Positions 21,390 through 30,790 of a stretch of 64,000 bases of DNA are shown here, one piece after another. The first letter of the stretch is position 1; every line of letters begins with the position of its first letter. The translations under genes and the position numbers were made by a program. The stretch spans positions 32,001 through 96,000 of the forward strand of contig CAVYXA010000003.1 of assembly GCA_963772365.1 (NCBI GenBank). Reading direction: 5' to 3'. Source of the DNA: an uncultured Verrucomicrobiae bacterium. Lineage in GTDB: Bacteria; Verrucomicrobiota; Verrucomicrobiia; Chthoniobacterales; UBA10450. Under the pieces are notes generated by a model. It was not told the DNA's origin, did not search any database, and saw nothing but the letters and a program-made list of their open reading frames with translations.

Positions 21390-22352
21390 ATGAAAAAAAT
21401 CGGAATCCTTTTCGGCCAGGAGCACAGCTTTCCGCCTGCGTTTGTCGAGCGGGTCAATCAGAAAACGGGGGGCAAAGATATCGCGGCGGAATTCGTCAAA
21501 ATCGACAAGGTGGTCCAGGGCGAGCCGTGCGGTTACGATGTCGTCATCGATCGCATCTCGCAGGATGTGCCGTTCTATCGCGCCTGGCTCAAGAATGCTG
21601 CGCTTACCGGGACTGCCGTAGTGAACAATCCGTTTTGGTGGAGCGCTGACGAAAAATTTTTCAACAATGCGTTGGCCACGAAAATCGGCGTGGCTGTACC
21701 GCGCACAGTCTTGTTGCCGTCAAATCAGCATCCGACCGATACGAACGACAAATCGTTTCGTAACCTCGGTTATCCTCTCGATTGGGAAGGCATCTTCAAT
21801 TACGTCGGCTGGCCGGCATTCTTTAAACCATTCGCCGGCGGAGGATGGAAGAATGTGTATCGCCTGCATAATTCCGAGGAATTTTATCGCGCCTATAACG
21901 AGACCGGGCAGCTCGTCATGATGTTGCAGGAGGAAGTGAAGTTCGACATGTACTTCCGCTGCTACTCGATTGATCAACGTTACGTTCGCATCATGCCCTA
22001 CGAACCGCGGCACCCTTTCCATCTGCGGTATCAAACAGAATGGCACGCACCAGATGAAATCCTGGAGAAGGTGCGCGATGGAGTTCTGCGGCTGAATCAA
22101 TATCTCGGCTACGATCTGAACACGGTCGAGTTTGCGATTCGCGATGGCGTTCCGGTCGCGATTGATTTTTGCAATCCGGCCCCCGATTGCGAAGCGGCCT
22201 GGATCGGTCAGTCCAATTTCGAGTGGGTTGTCGAGGCAATTTCTGATATGGCCATCCGCAAAGCCCAGGAACACAAGCCCGGTCAGGACAACTTAAGCTG
22301 GGGCAAGTTTGTGCAGTATGCGGTGGGCAAGAGGCAACTCGAACAGCTCTAG
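21390..22352 (+). CDS. RimK/glutathione-synthetase-like ATP-grasp ligase
   Basis: VIDRIS, NNPFWWSADEKF, FKPFAGGGWKNV, MLQE, TVEFAIRDG..AIDFCNPAPD. Confidence 0.82.
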   Translation: MKKIGILFGQEHSFPPAFVERVNQKTGGKDIAAEFVKIDKVVQGEPCGYDVVIDRISQDVPFYRAWLKNAALTGTAVVNNPFWWSADEKFFNNALATKIGVAVPRTVLLPSNQHPTDTNDKSFRNLGYPLDWEGIFNYVGWPAFFKPFAGGGWKNVYRLHNSEEFYRAYNETGQLVMMLQEEVKFDMYFRCYSIDQRYVRIMPYEPRHPFHLRYQTEWHAPDEILEKVRDGVLRLNQYLGYDLNTVEFAIRDGVPVAIDFCNPAPDCEAAWIGQSNFEWVVEAISDMAIRKAQEHKPGQDNLSWGKFVQYAVGKRQLEQL

Positions 22353-22441
22353 GTGGAATGCGTTGTCCGCAACGCGTTGCCAATTGAGGCGGCGAAGCCG
22401 CACTTTGTTTACCATCGTCTTTCGGAGAAGCCGATCCACCT
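22351..22441 (+). repeat. Repeat family B, copy 1 (~85-90 bp structured intergenic element)
   Basis: AGGTGGA...TCCACCT termini; internal hairpins AATGCGTTG-TCCG-CAACGCGTT and GCGGC-GAA-GCCGC. Confidence 0.7.
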
Positions 22442-22479
22442 GACAATCATCAGTTTTTAGCGCACATTCGGGCCCCGCC

Positions 22480-23598
22480 ATGAACGCCAAGCCCCACAGG
22501 TTCACCCTCGGGATCGAGGAGGAGTTCGCCATTGTCGATCCTGTTACGCGTGAGTTGCGGTCGCACATTCAGGAAATTCTCGAGGGCGGCAAAGTGATGC
22601 TGAAGGAGCAGATCAAACCGGAGATGCATCAATCGGTGGTCGAACTCGGCACCGAAGTCTGCGATTCGATCGAACATGCGCGTGAACACGTGATCGAGTT
22701 GCGGAGCCAGCTGGCCGCCTTGGCTGGCCGGGCCGGTTTAAAGATCGCTTCGACGGGGACCCATCCATTTTCGCACTGGCGCGATCAACACATCACCGAG
22801 GGCGAACGTTACAAACAGATTATTGAAGACATGCAATTGCTGGCGCGCGCCAATCTAATCTTCGGCCTCCATGTTCATGTTGGTATCCCTAATCGGGAGA
22901 GTGCCATCCATGTGATGAATCAGGTTCGCTATTTTTTGCCGCACATCTATGCGCTCTCGGTAAACTCGCCGTTCTGGGTCGGGCAGGACACCGGCTTGAA
23001 AGGTTATCGCCTGAAAGTATTCGAGCGGTTTCCACGCACCGGTATTCCCGATTCATTCGAGTCGCTTTCCGAATACGACGATTACTGCAAACTGCTGGTG
23101 AAAACCGGTTGCATCGATAATCCCAAAAAAATCTGGTGGGACATTCGATTACATCCATTCTTTGACACGTTGGAAGTGCGAGTGTGCGACGCGCAAACCC
23201 GCGTGGATGATACGCTGGCCATTGCCGCGCTGATTCAGGCCATCGTCTCCAAGCTTTACAAATTGCTCTGGCAAAATACGACGTTTCGCATTTATCGACG
23301 CAGGCTTCTCGATGAAAATCGATGGCGGGCATCGCGTTACGGAATCAACGGTAAGCTGATTGATTTCGGCCGCGAAACGGAGGTCGAGACGCGCAGCCTT
23401 GTCGACGAGTTGCTTCAGTTTGTCTCGACAGAGGTTAACGAATTCGGGAGCGCGCGAGAAATGGCTCACATCGAGCGCATTTGCCTCCAAGGCACTGGCG
23501 CGGATCGGCAACTGGCGGTTTGGGAGCGCACGCAGGACATGAAAGCCGTGGTTGATCAAATCGTCAGCGAAACCTACGAGGGATTAACGCTCTCGTAG
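22480..23598 (+). CDS. ybdK: Carboxylate-amine ligase, YbdK/GCS2 family (paralogue 1)
   Basis: FTLGIEEEF, FGLHVHVG, ALSVNSPFW, IWWDIRLHP, EVRVCD, ENRWRASRYG. Confidence 0.9.
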   Translation: MNAKPHRFTLGIEEEFAIVDPVTRELRSHIQEILEGGKVMLKEQIKPEMHQSVVELGTEVCDSIEHAREHVIELRSQLAALAGRAGLKIASTGTHPFSHWRDQHITEGERYKQIIEDMQLLARANLIFGLHVHVGIPNRESAIHVMNQVRYFLPHIYALSVNSPFWVGQDTGLKGYRLKVFERFPRTGIPDSFESLSEYDDYCKLLVKTGCIDNPKKIWWDIRLHPFFDTLEVRVCDAQTRVDDTLAIAALIQAIVSKLYKLLWQNTTFRIYRRRLLDENRWRASRYGINGKLIDFGRETEVETRSLVDELLQFVSTEVNEFGSAREMAHIERICLQGTGADRQLAVWERTQDMKAVVDQIVSETYEGLTLS

Positions 23599-23666
23599 GA
23601 AGCTTAACTTCGTCCGTCTCGGTCTTACGAGTGGGTGATGTCGAGACACGATGGAAACTAGTGAGA

Positions 23667-24380
23667 TCACTCCGGAAAAAGCTGACGATGTGAACGTATT
23701 CGGTGGGTTCGTCGCACCAGAATTAACTGGGGCAGGTAATAAACGAGAGCGACGCAAAGAAGCGATGCGGCGAAAACCAGGGTGGCATAAAGGTATTCCG
23801 AATGCTGGCCAATCCAGTCGCTTTCACCCGAGGCTACTTTCAATCCAACATCGACATCTCGCCAGGTGTAGTCGGTCCCGTAAATCCATTTCGCAATTCG
23901 CAGGTTGGGATCGACAAAAACAACTAGATTCGGATGCGCGAATTCCCTCCCGGCCCTGCCGTATTGAAAGCCAATCGATTCCAACAACGCATCGATGTTC
24001 GTCTGCGATGCAGTTCCGATCGACCACGACAGGGGAATTTTTTCGCGGGAACGATATTGGGTCAGGATCGACGGAGTATCGGTGCTATCGAATGTGAACA
24101 ACAAAACGCGAAACTGATTTGGATCAGTGGACGAATTGCCCAACGCCTTTTTCAATTGCGCGACATTTTCCACGCAGGCGGTCTGACAGCGCGTGTAAAT
24201 CGGCAACAGAATCATCGGGAACCCTTCAAAATCGGATAGCTTTCGGCTGCGTCCGGTTTCATCGGTCCAGCTGATTTGTGCTACGGGACGTCCGCGCTTT
24301 GGAGAAACATCTTCGACAATTCCGCCAAAAAGATTTGTCGAACAGGCGACCGCCAATACCAGACATAGGAACCGGATCAT
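23667..24380 (-). CDS. SCO family copper chaperone
   Basis: YTRCQTAC (CxxxC), FAHP His, C-terminal TM; ATGA overlap with oxidase subunit I. Confidence 0.88.
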   Translation of the reverse strand: MIRFLCLVLAVACSTNLFGGIVEDVSPKRGRPVAQISWTDETGRSRKLSDFEGFPMILLPIYTRCQTACVENVAQLKKALGNSSTDPNQFRVLLFTFDSTDTPSILTQYRSREKIPLSWSIGTASQTNIDALLESIGFQYGRAGREFAHPNLVVFVDPNLRIAKWIYGTDYTWRDVDVGLKVASGESDWIGQHSEYLYATLVFAASLLCVALVYYLPQLILVRRTHRIRSHRQLFPE

Positions 24381-26083
24381 GGCGTTCGCATCGCTCCGAG
24401 CGGCTTGGGATTATCTGGTGAATATGCCGGTGCGCCCGGGAAATTGCTGCGAATGGTCTGGGTAATCGGAGGTGCGTAGGCGATTACGAGTAGGAGGGCA
24501 GTGCCGATTAACCATGGAGTGAAAGTCTGGACAGCAGGGACGTATTCGTCGTGATACGGCTCGGAGGTGATCAGATCGAGAGCTCCCTCTCTGGCTTGTT
24601 TCGAGAAAAGCGTCGCAAAGAAAACAACAAAGAAAATCAATGCCGCAATGGCCATGATCGTTCCGCCCATGCTGCCGAGAATTTTCGCAACCTGCCAATC
24701 CGGATGATAAAGGCGGGATGCGGGATTGGTGTAAGTCATCCCCATGTTCGTCCGGCGCGGCTCGCCGCCGGCGCCTCCAATGAACAGGCCGGTGGAAAAA
24801 ATCATGATGCCGAGTGTCCAAATGTACGGCACCCAGACGTTCCATTTGGGCAATTTGATCGACTTACCGGTGAGCTTGGCGACCAGAAACAGGCTCATCC
24901 CGATGTAAGCGAGAAACACGGGACCCGCTACGGTTTGATGGAAATGCGCGGGTAACCAGGTGGTGTTGTGAACGACGGTGTCGAGGTTGTAAGAAGCGTT
25001 GATGATACCGGTGATTCCGCCGAAAATAAAAATTACCAATCCGGCAAAGAAATAGGAGAACAGCCAGCGATCTGTATCGAGGTAGGGAAGTTTGGCCCAC
25101 CAACCCAGTAATCCCCGGCCGCCGCGCAAACGCGCACCGTGCTCCATGGAAGCAGCCATAGTGAAAGCGGTGGCAAAACTGGGTACGGCTACCAGCATGG
25201 TGAAGAAGGCATGCACAAATTTCCAGGTGCTGCTGATCCCGGGTTCCGTGAACTGGTGATGAATCCCAACTGGAGCGGAGTAGAGCACGAGCCAAAGAAA
25301 AGTCAGGCGTCCGGCAAAATCGGAATAAAGTTTTCCGCCGGAGAGTTTGGGCAGCATTGTATAATACATGACGTAGGCCGGCATCAACCAGAAGTACACG
25401 AGCGGATGTCCGAAAAACCAGAACAGCATTCGGGAAAGCGGGACGTTCACGGTCGCGACCCAGCCCATCGACCACGGAATGAGCAGAAAGACGATCTCGA
25501 TTGCCACCGGCGTAGTGGCGATTAGCCAGACGATAAACGTGGCGAAAATGCCAACCACCCCGAGCGGCACTTTCTGTCCCGGGTGCTCGCGTTTCCAGGC
25601 GAAGTAAGGAGGCAGCCAATTGAAGAATGCGACCCATGAGCCGATCACGACCAGCGCGAGGCCGATGTAGAAGGCCGGGTGCGCGCGAAGCGGCGGATAA
25701 AACGTGTAAAGCACAGTCGCTTTGCCGGAGAGAATTGCCGCCGCGGCAAGCAAAGTTCCAACGACCATTATCCAAAATGAAAGCCAGGCGACTTTCATAT
25801 TGAATGGCCGGCCCAAATAATATCGAACTACGGCGTAGCCGAACGCGACTGCGAAAAACGTAGTGAACACAATCGCGTTCACGACGCCGTGAAGTGTCAA
25901 TCCTTGAAAATATTCCAATCCGAGGAACCGCGCTTGATGGAGGAATCCGGCCCGATAGAGCACCTGCATCAGGCCGTGATAAATTCCGAGAATCAAGAGC
26001 GCGATCGGGAAAATGATCTCGATCAGGATCATTCGCCTGAGTCCCGGTTCGATGTCGATGGTGCGTTCGGCTGAGAGTTCCAT
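24377..26083 (-). CDS. cbaA: Heme-copper oxygen reductase subunit I, B-family (ba3-type)
   Basis: LTLHG, TFYPPL, WFFGHPLVY (His-Tyr), GIHHQF, VHNT..AHFH, PRRT; many TM helices. Confidence 0.92.
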   Translation of the reverse strand: MELSAERTIDIEPGLRRMILIEIIFPIALLILGIYHGLMQVLYRAGFLHQARFLGLEYFQGLTLHGVVNAIVFTTFFAVAFGYAVVRYYLGRPFNMKVAWLSFWIMVVGTLLAAAAILSGKATVLYTFYPPLRAHPAFYIGLALVVIGSWVAFFNWLPPYFAWKREHPGQKVPLGVVGIFATFIVWLIATTPVAIEIVFLLIPWSMGWVATVNVPLSRMLFWFFGHPLVYFWLMPAYVMYYTMLPKLSGGKLYSDFAGRLTFLWLVLYSAPVGIHHQFTEPGISSTWKFVHAFFTMLVAVPSFATAFTMAASMEHGARLRGGRGLLGWWAKLPYLDTDRWLFSYFFAGLVIFIFGGITGIINASYNLDTVVHNTTWLPAHFHQTVAGPVFLAYIGMSLFLVAKLTGKSIKLPKWNVWVPYIWTLGIMIFSTGLFIGGAGGEPRRTNMGMTYTNPASRLYHPDWQVAKILGSMGGTIMAIAALIFFVVFFATLFSKQAREGALDLITSEPYHDEYVPAVQTFTPWLIGTALLLVIAYAPPITQTIRSNFPGAPAYSPDNPKPLGAMRTP

Positions 26084-26086
26084 GTC

Positions 26087-26857
26087 TTACTTTAATTGTT
26101 TGAGATAACGGATGATCTCTTCCACTTCTTCATTCGTGAGGACAGGCTCCGGCATCACGTCGTCGTAACCGAACACGATCTTCGCGCTCGGTTTTAAAAT
26201 GGCTTCTCGAAGATACCCGTCATCGGCGGTAACCACCGATCCGTCAGTCATTTTTTCCGGTCGTCCATAAATTCCTTTGAAGGTAGGTCCAATGCTCTCC
26301 TCACCGTTGATGGAATGGCAGGTAAGACAGTCCTTTGCATCCAGAAGATGGTAAGCAGGGTTAATCGGCTGCGTTGGCGCCGGCCTGGATGGCTGAGCGC
26401 TGAAACTTTTTCGGTCCAGCACACGCAACGCGGCGGCCATGCGATCATGACCAGTTCCGCAAAATTCGTGGCAGAGAAGTTGATAAACGCGCGGCTGATC
26501 GAACCTCACTCGCGCATAATTCACGACTCCGGGAACGGCCATGAGATTTAGATTCGTGCCCAGCAAAATCATGCCGTGGGTCACATCAGCCGCGCTGAGG
26601 TAAACATCGACTGTCGATCCTGCGGGGATGGTCACGTTTTCCGGCTCGAACTTCCACATGCGTGCCACGTAATGAATTTCGTAATGGTTCGGCGAGTGCG
26701 TGATGACTTCGCCTTTTTGGAACGGCTTGATATCAGTGAGACAGGTCGGCAAACCAACGTGAAATAGATTGATCGCCAGAGCGGCGAGACCCAGAAGAAC
26801 CAGAGCGAACGCCGCCGAGATCCAGATGATCCGCTTTTCCAGTTTGGTAGCTGCCAT
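26087..26857 (-). CDS. cbaB: ba3-type oxidase subunit II (CuA) fused to a C-terminal cytochrome c
   Basis: Single N-terminal TM; DVTHG..CHEFCGTGHDRM CuA site; CLTCH heme motif with IGPTFKG and distal VMP. Confidence 0.9.
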   Translation of the reverse strand: MAATKLEKRIIWISAAFALVLLGLAALAINLFHVGLPTCLTDIKPFQKGEVITHSPNHYEIHYVARMWKFEPENVTIPAGSTVDVYLSAADVTHGMILLGTNLNLMAVPGVVNYARVRFDQPRVYQLLCHEFCGTGHDRMAAALRVLDRKSFSAQPSRPAPTQPINPAYHLLDAKDCLTCHSINGEESIGPTFKGIYGRPEKMTDGSVVTADDGYLREAILKPSAKIVFGYDDVMPEPVLTNEEVEEIIRYLKQLK

Positions 26858-26861
26858 CGCG

Positions 26862-26993
26862 TTAGCTTCGCGCAATCATGACTAAATAAATGACAAGCCA
26901 GAGTGCTGCATAAAAGAAGAGCAAAAGCACAAAGAAGAAAATTGCGCCGCCGGGGAAGAATGGCTTCTCATTCTGTCGGTCGCTCGGTTCCAT
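26862..26993 (-). CDS. cbaD: ba3-type oxidase subunit IIa (43 aa; below the ORF-track cutoff)
   Basis: Manual translation MEPSDRQNEKPFFPGGAIFFFVLLLFFYAALWLVIYLVMIARS; P-x-G-A, single TM and W-x3-Y-x5-R pattern; lies directly upstream of subunit II. Confidence 0.82.
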   Translation of the reverse strand: MEPSDRQNEKPFFPGGAIFFFVLLLFFYAALWLVIYLVMIARS

Positions 26994-26997
26994 CACA

Positions 26998-28536
26998 TCA
27001 TTTTTCCAGCTGTCGAAGTTTGAGATAAATCGCAAGCATAAGAAGGCCGATCAACGCGATACTAACGGCCAGCCCGATCTGTCGATATTTGTATTCATCG
27101 CGGGCCTTTTCGACCAGGACGGCGGCGCGCGTAGCTGCTTCTTCGGCGGGAGCGGCGACCTGTTGGAACGTGTTCCGGCTAAACGAATGGACGTAAGTAC
27201 GCGATTTCTTCAGGCCATCTGTGAGATCGGTTAACTGGTTATTGATCGGCTCGATGTCCAAGCCTTTGGCCGCAAGTTTGTCGGAAACTTCGGTGAGATG
27301 GTTTCGTGCTTCGTCCATGCGAGTAATTGTCTCTCGAAAGTAATCTGCGGTGGCAATGCATTCGGGATTGTGCTTGGCGAATTGCCGGTGGCAATCGCCG
27401 CATAATGACCCGGATTTTGTCGCCAGCATGGAATCATGCGTCTTCATAATGGCGTGATTACCGTGACATTTGCTGCATTCAGGCCAGTTATGCTGATCGA
27501 ATGCCTGTTTGTGCTTGCTGCCGTCGAACAAACTCGCGTTAGCCGAATGACAGAGGCTGCAACTGCGACTCACCGACGCCACGCCCGGAGGAATGGCTGC
27601 GTGGTTTCCGTGACAATCATTGCAGGCCGGCGCGCCCAGATCGCCGCGTTCGAGCAAGGCGCGCCCGTGGACGCTTGTTTTGTATTCGGCCAACTGATTG
27701 ATGGGAAGGGGCGAACCATCCGGAAGAGCAAACCCGGCCATTATTGTATGGTTAGAATGACACGCGCCGCACGTTTCCGGCACTCGTTGTGGATATACCT
27801 TCGACAACGGATCCTTGGCCGGACGAATCCCGTGAACACCATGGCAACTTACGCACGTTGGCGCCCGATCGTCATGTTTTACCAAAAGCAGTTGGCCATG
27901 GGGGCTGTCTTGAAACTTTGCCAGCTGATCCGTTGGCAACGATTGATCGAACTCGTGCATCAAAGCCGGATCGGAATGGCATCGTGCGCAAAACTGGACA
28001 ACCCAGGCGCGATTTTTCTGACGGTCCTTCTCCGGCCACTCCTTTACGAAAGCGTGACCGAACGCGGCGGTGGAATCGCCGCCGTGACATCCAGCGCAAG
28101 AGATCCCGCGGCGAAAATGAACATCTTCGACGACCTCTTTCAGGTTCATGAAGGCGGGCGAATGTTGTGACTCTGGCGTCGCGGAAAAGAGGTCTTCCGG
28201 CGACTGGACTTCCGAATCGCTGTGGCAAAGAACGCAATTGTTTTGCAGGAGCAGTTCCATCTTTTGTGGACGCAGTTGCAACGCCAGCAGCATCGACAAA
28301 TGCTCCGGTCGCGTAACGACATCGTTCTGCACGGCCTGGCCGAGCAGCTCTTTCAGATGATCGTTGAGTCCGTCGAAATAAGCGCGTTGCTCCTGAGTGA
28401 TAATCGGTTTGCCCTTGGCATTTTTCGCAGCAAACAGCGCCGCCAGTTTGGACGGCATTGCAGCTGATATTTTTTCTACGGGAAGAGCCGTAGTGGAGAT
28501 CAACAACAGGCCGACCAAGATCGAGATCGTCTTCAT
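26998..28536 (-). CDS. Nine-heme cytochrome c with signal peptide, C-terminal helical bundle and TM anchor
   Basis: CVLCH, CAGCH, CARCH, CVSCH, CGACH, CNDCH, CSLCH, CSKCH, CGDCH; start MKTISILVG has an ATGA overlap with the cytochrome b stop. Confidence 0.9.
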   Translation of the reverse strand: MKTISILVGLLLISTTALPVEKISAAMPSKLAALFAAKNAKGKPIITQEQRAYFDGLNDHLKELLGQAVQNDVVTRPEHLSMLLALQLRPQKMELLLQNNCVLCHSDSEVQSPEDLFSATPESQHSPAFMNLKEVVEDVHFRRGISCAGCHGGDSTAAFGHAFVKEWPEKDRQKNRAWVVQFCARCHSDPALMHEFDQSLPTDQLAKFQDSPHGQLLLVKHDDRAPTCVSCHGVHGIRPAKDPLSKVYPQRVPETCGACHSNHTIMAGFALPDGSPLPINQLAEYKTSVHGRALLERGDLGAPACNDCHGNHAAIPPGVASVSRSCSLCHSANASLFDGSKHKQAFDQHNWPECSKCHGNHAIMKTHDSMLATKSGSLCGDCHRQFAKHNPECIATADYFRETITRMDEARNHLTEVSDKLAAKGLDIEPINNQLTDLTDGLKKSRTYVHSFSRNTFQQVAAPAEEAATRAAVLVEKARDEYKYRQIGLAVSIALIGLLMLAIYLKLRQLEK

Positions 28537-29954
28537 GTCGGATTGGTCCGATTGCGCTCGGAGCTCACGAAATGCGAAACTAAAATGGCAAAGGCCGCTA
28601 TGGCGATTGAGATAACGCCGGCGACGAGATAGGAAAGGCCGATAAAGCCGTGCAGAATGACCTGCAACAGCGCCGCTCCAGTTAAAACGAACCAGTGCTG
28701 TTGGAAACGCCAGTAGCGGATTACAATTACCACGATGCCTGCCGCCAGTGTCCATGACGCGCAGACAACTGCGATCTTGTGCATCGAACCCAATTCATCG
28801 GCAGCACTTCCGGAGGCGCCGATGTCCCAGCCCATTAACGTTAGGTAAGTTAGAAACAAGATCGCAGCCCAAGCCAGATCGCTGAATGCGGGGGACCGTT
28901 TATCGTGATAAGCGCGTCGGTCCAGCCATGGAATAATGGCCCAGATGCCAAAGAGAATTCCGATCAGGAATAGGCAAACCTGCGGACCTTCGAGACCAAA
29001 AAGGTGGGGCGGAAATTCCTTCAGTAGTTGATACTCCCAAAGGAAATACCATTCCGGCTTTATGCCCGGATAAGCCGGCGCAAAAGGATCCGCTTTTTGG
29101 CCCATCTCCCAATCCATTCCCGGGATTCCTGGTCCGTAGGGAAGGAAAACGGCCAGGCCCGCGAGAATCATCAGGCAAGCCAACCACAGCAGGACATCGC
29201 GCAAGGCGAAGCTGGGAAAGAATTTCATCCCGCGTGGAGCATCTTTTTCGCCGAGTGGCGGAGCCATTCCCTGCCGTTGAATCAGAAGCAAGTGAAGTCC
29301 GATGAACGCAACAAAAGCAAGTGGCAAGATCACCACGTGGGCCGCGAAAAACCGATACAGCGTGTTGATAGTAACGTCTTGCCCACCGCGCAGAACTTGC
29401 AGGAGCCAATTTCCGAGGAATGGCACCGAGCGTACGATGTTCGTCCCGACGGTTGTCGCGAAATAGGCGAGCTTGTTCCAAGGCAACAGATACCCGGAAA
29501 AGCCGAATCCCATCGTCAGTAAAAAAAGAAAATAACCGGAAACCCAGGTGACTTCCCGCGGCGGCCGGTAAGCTTTCAGCATCATGGTGCTGAACATGTG
29601 AAGCACCAGCGAGATGATCATCAGGTGCGCGCTCCAACTGTGGATGGAACGAATCAGCCAGCCGAACGGCACCTTGGTCGTTAGGAAACGAATGCTCTCA
29701 TAAGCAGTCGCTTCGCCGGGCTGATAGTACATCAGCAGCAGCACACCAGTGATCACCTGGACCACGAAGAAGAACATGGTGATCCCGCCCAGATAGTACC
29801 AGCCCATCCAATGCGAGCCGATTGGCACTTCCTTGTGACGCAGGAATTCGAACAACGGCGTTAGTTGATACCGCCGATCGAGCCAGCCGCGTAGCCCGCG
29901 AACGTTCTCGAAGTTCGTAGCTTTAGGCTCTTTCTTCAGAAATGACGATTCCAC
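28533..29954 (-). CDS. Cytochrome b of a Rieske/cytochrome b complex (unsplit, extra C-terminal TM helices)
   Basis: Heme-ligand pairs in RSIHSWSAHLMIISLVLH and FAAH..GLH; GYLLPW; Qo motif PEWY; start uncertain (GTG 29954). Confidence 0.92.
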   Translation of the reverse strand: MESSFLKKEPKATNFENVRGLRGWLDRRYQLTPLFEFLRHKEVPIGSHWMGWYYLGGITMFFFVVQVITGVLLLMYYQPGEATAYESIRFLTTKVPFGWLIRSIHSWSAHLMIISLVLHMFSTMMLKAYRPPREVTWVSGYFLFLLTMGFGFSGYLLPWNKLAYFATTVGTNIVRSVPFLGNWLLQVLRGGQDVTINTLYRFFAAHVVILPLAFVAFIGLHLLLIQRQGMAPPLGEKDAPRGMKFFPSFALRDVLLWLACLMILAGLAVFLPYGPGIPGMDWEMGQKADPFAPAYPGIKPEWYFLWEYQLLKEFPPHLFGLEGPQVCLFLIGILFGIWAIIPWLDRRAYHDKRSPAFSDLAWAAILFLTYLTLMGWDIGASGSAADELGSMHKIAVVCASWTLAAGIVVIVIRYWRFQQHWFVLTGAALLQVILHGFIGLSYLVAGVISIAIAAFAILVSHFVSSERNRTNPT

Positions 29955-30390
29955 CGTCTGGTTGTTTTTGGACTGCGTACTTGGGCAAAGAGCGAGGCGG
30001 CGGCCCGGACAGGACACGGCCGCTCAAATCGAAGCGCCCATCGTGACACGGGCACCAAATGACAGACTGCGCCGGTTGAAACGTGACCGTGCAACCTTCA
30101 TGCGTGCACTTGGCGCTGAAAGCGTGCAGTTGGTCACCGGCCTGTAAAACGATTACGCGCTGCCCGCTCACCGGAACGATCACATATTTGTTTTGCTCGA
30201 GCTTCGAAGCCTCATCGCGGTTCAAGCGCGTCGGTCCGGTCGGACCCGTTTGCGGCAGCGGTTTGAGATAGCGAATGATTGGATATGCAATGCTGGCGAG
30301 CCATCCGAGAACGCTGGCACCGAGCAGAACATCGAGAAAATGACGACGCGAAGTTATCGGAGCCGAGTTCGTCGTCGCTGAATCCTCCAT
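29923..30390 (-). CDS. Rieske [2Fe-2S] subunit with Tat signal
   Basis: SRRHFL Tat motif plus TM; CTHEGC and CPCHDGRF boxes; GPPPRSL. Confidence 0.93.
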   Translation of the reverse strand: MEDSATTNSAPITSRRHFLDVLLGASVLGWLASIAYPIIRYLKPLPQTGPTGPTRLNRDEASKLEQNKYVIVPVSGQRVIVLQAGDQLHAFSAKCTHEGCTVTFQPAQSVIWCPCHDGRFDLSGRVLSGPPPRSLPKYAVQKQPDGGIVISEERA

Positions 30391-30458
30391 GTCAGATTCT
30401 CCGAATCGAACTAGCGGAGTTCGTCATCGCTTCGCATCATGAACAGTTTCGTATAAAA

Positions 30459-30481
30459 CGACTCCGCATTTTTTCGGAAAA
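30459..30481. promoter_or_regulatory. Candidate operator upstream of the Rieske gene
   Basis: CGACTCCGCATTTTTTCGGAAAA, 21/23 identical to 37250-37272. Confidence 0.55.
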
Positions 30482-30544
30482 ATTCCACCGTCTTCTGAGT
30501 AAAAGGCAGAGGATAGATTGCAATCGGGATCGGGAGCTTTCGCG

Positions 30545-30790
30545 TCAATTCGCCTGTTCTTTTGACAAATATCTGTGGATACCAGCAGCGGTTTTGCGGC
30601 TGTCGCGAACTGCGCGCACAACCAAGTCGGGTCCGCGCACCAGATCGCCTCCTGCAAAACGCCGGGCACACTGGTCATTTGGTTTTCATCGACAATGACG
30701 CCGCCCCACTTGTTGCCTTCGATGTTATCGGAATTGCCGGCCGCGAAGATTGGAACGGCATCGAATCCGTAAGCAATCAGGACGTCAGGA
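30545..30790 (-). pseudogene. 3'-terminal remnant of a GltD/SudA(NfnB)-like FAD/NAD(P) oxidoreductase
   Basis: DVLIAYGFDAVP..WGGVIVDENQMTSVPGV, then with one base added FAGGDLVRGPDLVVRAVRDSRKTAAGIHRYL; no start codon or N-terminal part. Confidence 0.75.

Noticed and set aside
24864..25775. Long alternative-frame and antisense ORFs (e.g. 24864-25775, 40070-40993, 54942-55763)
   Set aside because: They overlap well-supported genes and lack motifs; shadow ORFs of GC-rich coding sequence
24377..26083. Subunit I as a nitric oxide reductase of the B-derived NOR families
   Set aside because: The cross-linking Tyr (HPLVY) and the canonical CuA ligands are present, consistent with an O2 reductase
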